NCBI RefSeq assembly: GCF_000376385.1
Contig: NZ_AQWN01000001.1
Span: forward strand, 72,762 to 104,761
Direction of reading: 5' to 3'
From: Desulfurispora thermophila DSM 16022
Lineage (GTDB): Bacteria > Bacillota > Desulfotomaculia > Desulfotomaculales > Desulfurisporaceae
Length of the DNA: 32,000 nucleotides
Below, one piece after another: positions 19,677 to 25,513 of the stretch (position 1 is its first letter; the number at the start of each line of letters is the position of its first letter). The translations under genes were made by a program, and so were the position numbers. A model generated the notes under the pieces. It was not told where the DNA came from. It ran no database searches and was given only the letters and a program-made list of their open reading frames with translations.

Positions 19677-19708
19677 GGGAAACGAGTCCATTTGGTTGCC
19701 CTTTTTTA
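19677..19708 (+). terminator. probable terminator after hsdR
   Basis: Imperfect stem GGGAAAC / GGTTGCCC followed by TTTTTT (19702-19707). It is the first hairpin plus T-tract I can find downstream of the 9690 promoter. Confidence 0.4.
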
Positions 19709-19767
19709 CAACGCGAGAAACACATTAATTGAGTCAGTATTTAATAATTTAAAACATCGATACCTGC

Positions 19768-19807
19768 TTGATTGGTTATCATAATTATGATAAAATTATG
19801 ATATAAT
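19768..19807 (+). promoter_or_regulatory. TA-1 promoter/operator: TTGATT-17-TAAAAT overlapped by the 18-bp perfect palindrome TTATCATAATTATGATAA (19776-19793) and a repeated ATTATGATA half-site
   Basis: Read directly from the sequence, immediately upstream of the Phd/YefM antitoxin gene. This is a typical autoregulatory layout for type II TA operons. Confidence 0.55.
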
Positions 19808-19823
19808 GTAAAGGGGTGGTTAT

Positions 19824-20111
19824 ATGCCACATATCAGACCGGTTTCGGATTTGCGGAATAATTTTGCTGATATATCCAGGATTGTTCATGAGACCCAAGA
19901 GCCAGTATTTCTGACCAAGAATGGTTATGGCGATATGGTTGTAATGAGCATTGAAACTTATGAACGAAAACTCTTTGCAAGCGAAATCTATTTTAAGCTT
20001 AAGGAAGCCGAGCTTGAAGCAAGGTCCACTGATCAACGCTTTTCCCATGCAGAAGTTTTTTCCAATTTGAAGTCAAGGCTCGCAAACGAGGCAGATGGAG
20101 ATAATGCATGA
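19824..20111 (+). CDS. Phd/YefM-family type II antitoxin
   Basis: The N-terminus IRPVSDLRNNFADISRIVHETQEPVFLTKNGYGDMVVMSIETYE is the canonical Phd/YefM fold signature. The gene overlaps the downstream toxin gene. Confidence 0.88.
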   Translation: MPHIRPVSDLRNNFADISRIVHETQEPVFLTKNGYGDMVVMSIETYERKLFASEIYFKLKEAELEARSTDQRFSHAEVFSNLKSRLANEADGDNA

Positions 20112-20409
20112 GGTAAAATACCTGCCTTTGGCACAAAGGGATTTAATAAATATTATCGACTATATTACTGATACCCTCAAAGCGCCAAAGGCTGCAATGG
20201 ACCTGGTTGATGCCCTGGATGCTTCCATATCAAGACTCGCACAGTTCCCATATTCAGGCAGGTTATATCAACCTGTACAGCCGCTTCAATCTGAATATAG
20301 GGTTTTACCAGTAAAAAACTATTTGGTGTTCTATGTGGTTAACCAGCATGAAGTAGAAATACACAGGATCCTTTATGCAAAGATGAATATTGAAAAGTTT
20401 GTAAAATAA
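20095..20409 (+). CDS. ParE/RelE-superfamily type II toxin
   Basis: ~100 aa with AQRDLINIIDYI, FPYSGR and YRVLPVKNYLVFYVV...VEIHRILYAKMN. The start is ATG 20095 or 20104; the latter overlaps the antitoxin stop as ATGCATGA. Confidence 0.82.
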   Translation: MEIMHEVKYLPLAQRDLINIIDYITDTLKAPKAAMDLVDALDASISRLAQFPYSGRLYQPVQPLQSEYRVLPVKNYLVFYVVNQHEVEIHRILYAKMNIEKFVK

Positions 20410-20447
20410 ATTATAAGTGCCACTTATATTTCTGATCTGGAAAATTT

Positions 20448-20492
20448 AGCCGCTACAGCAGGTTTTTGTAGCGGTTTTTCTTTGTTATACTT
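20448..20492 (+). repeat. copy 3 of the 45-bp terminator/extended -10 module
   Basis: AGCCGCTACAGCAGGTTTTTGTAGCGGTTTTTCTTTGTTATACTT, with a 2-nt larger loop. It lies 39 nt after the ParE-1 stop. Confidence 0.85.
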
Positions 20493-20574
20493 AAAATAAA
20501 GAGAAGATAGCTTCTGGCAGTCTGTTTCGGAGGGTGTTTGCTCGTAACAGTGCGGTGCTGAAGGGGGAATAAAT

Positions 20575-20628
20575 GTAAGCGTAAACAGCCCCCTCCTTGC
20601 CAGCAAGGTAGGGGCTGTTTACGCTTAC
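20575..20628. mobile_element. 54-bp IS66-type terminal-inverted-repeat-only mini element (MITE-like/solo IR pair)
   Basis: GTAAGCGTAAACAGCCCC ...18 nt... GGGGCTGTTTACGCTTAC has perfect 18-bp arms. The arm matches the right end of the IS66 remnant at 24141-24162 (GTGGGGGCTGTTTGACGCTTAC), and the 5'-GTAAGCG terminus is typical of IS66-family ends. Confidence 0.55.
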
Positions 20629-20727
20629 GTTTATGATGAAAGAGGTCTGGTGTTTATATAAATTTGCGAAACGCATGCATATAGCAATACAATTAGGTAT
20701 AATATATGCAGAAGGAGGCGTTTTGAA

Positions 20728-21033
20728 ATGGCAAGAACCGCTAATATATTTGCCCGCGTTGAACCTGAAATTAAAGAACAGGCTGAAAAGGTGCTTGAGC
20801 AGCTTGGCATTCCCATGTCCAACGCAATCGGGCTTTTTCTGCGTCAGGTTGTGCTTCAGCGAGGAATCCCGTTTGATTTGAAGCTTCCTCAAAATAAGCC
20901 TTTGTCTATTGAAGAGCTCGGCGAGGAGCAGTTTTATGAGGAAATTGAGAAAGGCATGGCTGATTTAAACAGCGGAAAGGTTGTTCCGGCCCAAAAAATA
21001 TTTGACAGGATAAGCAAGGATTACGGGCTATGA
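20728..21033 (+). CDS. RelB/DinJ-family type II antitoxin
   Basis: AGGAGG lies 9 nt upstream. The N-terminal ribbon-helix-helix signature is NIFARVEPEIKEQAEKVLEQLGIPMSNAIGLFLRQVVLQRGIPFDL. A 4-nt ATGA overlap joins it to the toxin gene. Confidence 0.88.
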   Translation: MARTANIFARVEPEIKEQAEKVLEQLGIPMSNAIGLFLRQVVLQRGIPFDLKLPQNKPLSIEELGEEQFYEEIEKGMADLNSGKVVPAQKIFDRISKDYGL

Positions 21034-21344
21034 ACACGTGGAAAGTGGTTTATACAGAACAGGCGGAAAACGATCTGCGCGGGATTTACGAATACATCGC
21101 TTTCTCGCTGCTTGAGCCTGAAATTGCAAAGAGGCAGACGAAACGGATTATTGAAGCTACGGCAAAACTAAATGAAATGCCATTCCGCTGCCGGTTGTAT
21201 GAAAAAGAACCGTGGCGCAGCAAGGGGCTTCGGGTTTTACCGGTTGATAATTACCTGGTGTTTTATCTGCCCGTTGAAGAGCGGCAAACTGTTGCAATAA
21301 TCCGTATCATGTACGGCGGGCGAAATATTGATAAGCATCTTTAA
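21030..21344 (+). CDS. ParE/RelE-superfamily type II toxin (paralogue of 20095-20409)
   Basis: Carries AENDLRGIYEYI, MPFRCR and LRVLPVDNYLVFYLP...VAIIRIMYGGRNI, the same motif order as toxin 1. Confidence 0.82.
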   Translation: MNTWKVVYTEQAENDLRGIYEYIAFSLLEPEIAKRQTKRIIEATAKLNEMPFRCRLYEKEPWRSKGLRVLPVDNYLVFYLPVEERQTVAIIRIMYGGRNIDKHL

Positions 21345-21550
21345 TAAACAGATAATGGGAAACGGGTTATGGCACAGCGAATTTAGAAATGCGGGTTTTA
21401 TGAGAAAAATTGCCCCCAAGAAAAAATGTTTATATCCAAGATTGTTATGGGGACTGTCTCCTTTTGGGATTGACTGGAATATCCTTCCAAGGGCTTCCAG
21501 TCGCGACCGCGAGTAAGGGCGGAGTGAGGAACCATCCCCTTTTTGGAGAG

Positions 21551-21580
21551 ACTGTAAGCCCCCTTCCGGGGGCTTACAGT
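21551..21580. other. perfect 13-bp-stem hairpin ACTGTAAGCCCCC-TTCC-GGGGGCTTACAGT in a 290-bp non-coding gap
   Basis: Read directly from the sequence. No T-tract follows on either strand, so it is not a canonical terminator. The GTAAGC...CCCC arm is reminiscent of the IS66-type ends nearby. Confidence 0.4.
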
Positions 21581-21633
21581 GACGAACGCGATTTGGAACA
21601 ACCACGAATGAAAAAACTACTGGCTGGCGAAGT

Positions 21634-22695
21634 TTAATGCACAATACTTTTTTGCAGTTTCAGCACTTCTTCCAGTGACAGGCCGGTGATTTCGCTGACC
21701 AGTTGCGGATCTAGTCCTTTGCGCAGGGCAGCCAGGGCGTTTTCCCGTGCTTTTTTAAGCTCGCCCTGAGCCATACCCTCCTGCCGGGCATTATTGATAG
21801 TTTCCCCCAATATCCTCTCCACGTTGGTAACCATCCGATCACTCTCCTCCGGGCCAAGCTTCTCAATGGCTGCAGCAAGCTCCTGCTGTTTTTCCGGTGA
21901 CAATTGCGGTGCAAATATTTTCAGACAGAAGGTCTTAAACCGCTGAAAATCCTCAGGCGTCATTTTCCGGGTAATGCGCAACAGGCGGCGCAGGGTTTTG
22001 ATGATCTGCGGCCAGTCCCGGCTTTTTTCCAGCATGAATACGGCTGCCAGCAGGTTGGCCATGTGCATTAGCTCCCGGTCTTTGTAGCTGTGTACGCTGA
22101 TTACTTCGTAGTGAAAATTGAGCAGGTAGTCGGCAAACTGTTCACTGGCGGCCAGGATGTCCTGAAAGAATGTGGCTGCCGTCCAGCGTGGCTTTCCATT
22201 GTACAGCACCAGAGGGATGATGGCCGGCAGGCGAAATTCCTTGCTCTCCCGCTCCTTCGGCGGCGTGTTATTAAACACCTCCCGCCAGATTTCCACCATG
22301 TACAAAAGCAGGCGAAAGGGCATCAGGTAGTCCACTGTGGACTGCAGTTCCAGCAGGACGTAAAAGATTACATCACCTTCAGTGCTTTTCATGCGGTAGA
22401 CTATGTCGGCTTCTTTGTCGGCAAATTCCTGGGTGATGTAGCTTTTGTCCACCAGGATGAGGGCCTGCAGATCAATATTGTGCACCCAGGGGGCCGGGAC
22501 AAAACTGCGCAAAAGCTGCAGGAAGGTGTCTTTGTTTTTGAGCAGATATTTGTAGCCCTTGTCGTGCGGTTGGTGGGTTGGTGGACGGGGTGGATCATCC
22601 GGCGGCACTCCTTCTGTTTTGATTATACCACGCGCTCCGGGACATGAGAAGTTGCCTGGAAAACCAAAAAAGCTCCGGCTTGAAGAGGCTGACAT
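21634..22695 (-). CDS. Rpn-family recombination-promoting nuclease / putative transposase (PD-(D/E)xK, YhgA-like)
   Basis: Has HDKGYKYLLKNKDTFLQLLRSFV near the N-terminus, a nuclease core ADIVYRM...VIFYVLLELQSTVD, and a C-terminal HTH-like tail RKGLDPQLVSEITGLSLEEV. The first ~45 codons (Ser/Pro-rich) may be an over-extension, so the start is uncertain. Confidence 0.8.
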   Translation of the reverse strand: MSASSSRSFFGFPGNFSCPGARGIIKTEGVPPDDPPRPPTHQPHDKGYKYLLKNKDTFLQLLRSFVPAPWVHNIDLQALILVDKSYITQEFADKEADIVYRMKSTEGDVIFYVLLELQSTVDYLMPFRLLLYMVEIWREVFNNTPPKERESKEFRLPAIIPLVLYNGKPRWTAATFFQDILAASEQFADYLLNFHYEVISVHSYKDRELMHMANLLAAVFMLEKSRDWPQIIKTLRRLLRITRKMTPEDFQRFKTFCLKIFAPQLSPEKQQELAAAIEKLGPEESDRMVTNVERILGETINNARQEGMAQGELKKARENALAALRKGLDPQLVSEITGLSLEEVLKLQKSIVH

Positions 22696-22817
22696 AAATT
22701 GTAGCGATTACAGCTACCGGTAAAGGGAATATAAGCGTCAAATATTCCCCACCTGGCAATCGCCTTTACCCTATAAGATAATCAACCTCAGAACACCAAA
22801 CTGAGGAGGGTTATCCA

Positions 22818-22994
22818 ATGACACAGGCCGAACGGGAAAAACTCTGGGAAGCCCGCATAGCCGACTACCGGGCCAGCGGGTAGAGTGTAAGAGAATGGTG
22901 CGCAAACAATACCATCAGACCAGATCGTCTCTGGTACTGGCTGCGCAAATACAAACCGTTACAGGAAGCAAATAATTACTTCCCCCGGTCTAAA
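22818..22994 (+). pseudogene. IS66 orf1 (tnpA-like) remnant with an in-frame TAG
   Basis: MTQAEREKLWEARIADYRASG*SVREWCANNTIRPDRLWYWLRKYKP, with the stop at 22881-22883 inside an otherwise open HTH-type IS66 TnpA frame. Confidence 0.65.
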
Positions 22995-22995
22995 G

Positions 22996-24104
22996 ATGAT
23001 CCGGGCAGGGCAGTGGAATGGCTGCCGGCTGAACTGGTTCATGGGACAGTTTCGCCTGAGCAAGCAGCGGCAATTCGGTGCTGCCAGCGAACGGACCCAT
23101 GTTGAACTACAGCCGCTTTTTGTTTTCAATTATCGCCAGGAACAGCAGCTGGCCCGGCTGGGGATAAACCTTTCCCGCCAGACCATGGCCAACTGGATGC
23201 TCTACGGGGGCCAACCAGTGGCTGACCCTGCTCTATGAACGACTGCATTTCTGGCTGCTCAGGCAGGATATCCTGCATGCCGATGAGACCACCCTGCAGG
23301 TGCTCAAAGAACCGGGCCCGGGCGGCGGAAACAAAATCTTTCCTGTGGCTCTACCGTACCGGAGCCCAAGGGCCGCCAATAGTTCTCTATGACTACCAGA
23401 CCACCCGGGCCGGTAAACACCCCCGCCAATTTCTGGCCGGGTTTAAAGGCTACCTGCATGTGGATGGCTATGCCGGCTACAATGAACTGCCCGATGTAAC
23501 CCTGGTGGGCTGCTGGGCCCATGCCCGGCACAAGTTCGATGAAGCGCTCAAAGCACTGCCGCCCGGGATGCAGAAGACGGCCGATGTAGCGGCCAGAAAA
23601 GGTCTGGAGTTTTGCAACAAGTTATTTGCCATCGAGCGGGAGCTAAAAGAAACTACTCCGGAAGAGCGCTATGAGGCCCGCCTGGTACGCAGCAAACCTG
23701 TACTGGATGACTTCCGGAAATGGCTGCAAGAGCAAAAGCCGCAGGTACTGCCCAAAAGTGCCTTTGGGCAGGCGATTAACTATTGCCTTGGTCAGTGGGA
23801 AAAGCTCACCGCCTTTCTAAAAGATGGGCGGCTGGAGCTGGACAACAACCGCAGTGAACGTTTCATCAAACCCTTTGTGATCGGCCGGAGAAACTGGCTG
23901 TTTGCCAACACTCCGCGGGGTGCCCGGGCCAGTGCGATTATTTACGGCATCGTGGAGACGGCGAAGGAGAACGGGTTAAACCCCTTCCAGTACTTGTGTT
24001 ACTTGTTTGAGAAGCTGCCCAACGTGGATACTCAGGATGAACAGGCTTTGGATGAGCTGCTACCCTGGTCGGATAAGCTGCCCGCCGATTGCCGGATCAA
24101 GTAA
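22996..24104 (+). pseudogene. IS66 TnpC (DDE transposase) remnant with an internal deletion plus a frameshift near 23235
   Basis: It is split into two ORFs, 22996-23238 and 23235-24104. It carries LSKQRQFGAASER, INLSRQTMANWM, LHADETTLQVL, FLWLYRT, YLHVDGYAGYN, CWAHARHKFDEA and LELDNNRSERFIKPFVIGRRNWLF. The zinc-ribbon region normally lying between the first two motifs is missing. Confidence 0.8.
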
Positions 24105-24166
24105 CTTTTAGCATATTACAGCCCCCATCTTTATGGCAAGGTGGGGGCTGTTTGACGCTTACGAAT

Positions 24167-24689
24167 ATGTGTCATTTTTTACAGCACGCGCGGAAAAAAA
24201 TATACCTACCGCGATTATTTGCAGTGGCCCGGCGAGGAAAGGTGGGAAATCATTGAGGGCGTACCGCACCTGCTCGCACCGGCACCGGGACGGGAACACC
24301 AGGCCATAGCCGGTGAACTGTTCTGGCAGGTTTATTCCTTTTTTCACGATAAAGAGTGCCATGTTTTTTTCGCCCCCTTTGATGTGCGCCTGCCGGAAGG
24401 GGAGGAAGAGGATGAGGAAATCACCACCGTTGTGCAGCCCGACCTGGTGGTGGAGGTCATTTCTCTGTCTACCGCCAAAAAGGACTTGAACGAGAAATTC
24501 AACCTCTACGAGCGTCGGGGTGTGCAAGAATACTGGGTGGTTTTTCCCCGCTTTCAGGCTATAGAGGTGTATCATTTGGGAACGACAGGCAAGTATGAAA
24601 AAGCAAACACCTATACGGTGGGGGAGATGCTGGTCAGCGTACTTTTTCCCGGCTTGACTGTGGATGTGGCCAGGGTGTTCGGGGGATAG
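24167..24689 (+). pseudogene. degenerate second Uma2-family gene (frameshift in an A7 tract, internal deletion, IS66 4 nt upstream of its ATG)
   Basis: ATGTGT at 24167 has the same start context as Uma2 at 4577. The frame shifts at AAAAAAA (24194-24200) into the frame of ORF 24219-24689 (YTYRDYLQWPGEERWEIIEG..PAPGREHQ..QPDLVVEVISLST..GVQEYWVV). It lacks the ~23 aa that separate QPD from APDLVVEV in the intact copy. Confidence 0.65.
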
Positions 24690-24865
24690 GGGCTATGTGG
24701 TACGCATAGAGCCTGTTTACCTGAACAAATGAGGTAAACCCTCTGTTTGGACTGGCTGAAGTGGCGGAAAATAAAAAGTAAGTTTTGCCCCTTCTTCATC
24801 TGGCAAAAGAATTGTTCTATTATAATAGTATCAAGGCGGTATTTTTTCTTGGCAGAGGTGAACAT

Positions 24866-25414
24866 ATGAGAATCACCATCATGAGCGATACCCACGGCAG
24901 CCGGACGGCATTTCAGAAGGCACTGGAGGCCGCCGGGCCGTGCGATCTCATCTTGCACGCCGGTGATATCCTGTATCACGGTCCCCGCAATCTTCTGCCG
25001 GAGGGGTATGACCCCGGGGAACTGGCGCAGGCCATAAATAACCTGGATAAACCGTTCATTGCCGCGGCCGGGAACTGCGACGCGCCCGTGGACCAGCTCA
25101 TGCTCTCGGTGCCCGTTCAGGCCCCCTATGCCCTGGTGTACCTGGAACATATGCTCATTCTGGTCACACACGGGCACGCTGCCGGTGAGGAAGAGCTGAT
25201 CGGCCTGGCCCGGCAATGGGGAGTAAAGCTGTTGGTGACCGGCCACACCCATGTCAAGCGGCTGGAAAAAAGGAATGGGGTGTACCTGCTAAACCCCGGT
25301 TCCTGCGCGCTGCCCAAGGACGGCAGCCCTTCGGTTGCCGTGCTGGAAGATTTCCGGGTGCATTTTATCAATATTGAAAGCAAGGAAACCATACAGAGCC
25401 AGGCTCTATTATAA
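24866..25414 (+). CDS. yfcE: YfcE/MJ0936-family metallophosphoesterase (phosphodiesterase)
   Basis: AGAGGTG precedes ATG 24866. The motifs are MRITIMSDTHG, HAGDILYHG, AAGNCD, LVTHGH and VTGHTH. The ORF-track start at 24785 is an over-extension. Confidence 0.85.
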   Translation: MRITIMSDTHGSRTAFQKALEAAGPCDLILHAGDILYHGPRNLLPEGYDPGELAQAINNLDKPFIAAAGNCDAPVDQLMLSVPVQAPYALVYLEHMLILVTHGHAAGEEELIGLARQWGVKLLVTGHTHVKRLEKRNGVYLLNPGSCALPKDGSPSVAVLEDFRVHFINIESKETIQSQALL

Positions 25415-25513
25415 GCCTTCGGATGTATGCCGTCACTGATGTGTGATTGCTCAAGTTGATTATGTGAGATTATACGTAAAACTACTAAGCGATTAAATGG
25501 CATATTGATAACA

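Larger units (their letters stand above)
22731..24162 (+). mobile_element. decayed IS66-family insertion sequence (~1.43 kb instead of the usual ~2.5 kb)
   Basis: Left end ATAAGCGTCAAATATTCCCCACCTGGCAA versus the reverse complement of the right end GTAAGCGTCAAACAGCCCCCACCTTGCCA. Inside are tnpA-like and tnpC-like remnants and no tnpB. Only a 4-bp GAAT direct repeat flanks it, not the expected 8 bp. Confidence 0.75.

Noticed and set aside
4415-20492. Possibility that the repeated 45-bp hairpin modules, or the 12-bp tandem at 29467, form a CRISPR array
   Set aside because: The three copies are kilobases apart with genes between them. The tandem has no spacers. No cas genes are present.
20633-20881. 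82-aa ORF starting right after the mini IS66 element
   Set aside because: It overlaps the DinJ-type antitoxin gene in another frame. It has no SD site, is Cys/Leu-rich, and has no Uma2 or other recognisable similarity.
21328-21644. Four small ORFs (62-135 aa, both strands) in the ParE-2/Rpn gap
   Set aside because: They overlap one another, lack SD sites and read as non-protein-like sequence. The region is treated as non-coding.
22090-22647. 185-aa plus-strand ORF inside the Rpn gene
   Set aside because: It is antisense to the frame carrying the Rpn signatures (HDKGYKYLL.., LLELQS) and has no SD site.
22723-24170. 8-bp target-site duplication for the IS66 remnant
   Set aside because: The left flank AAGGGAAT and right flank GAATATGT share only GAAT. 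I therefore make no claim of a canonical TSD.
9626-24689. Prophage or integrative conjugative element
   Set aside because: No integrase, relaxase, phage structural or replication genes, tRNA target or flanking att-like direct repeats were found. The only mobile signatures are IS66 debris and an Rpn gene.
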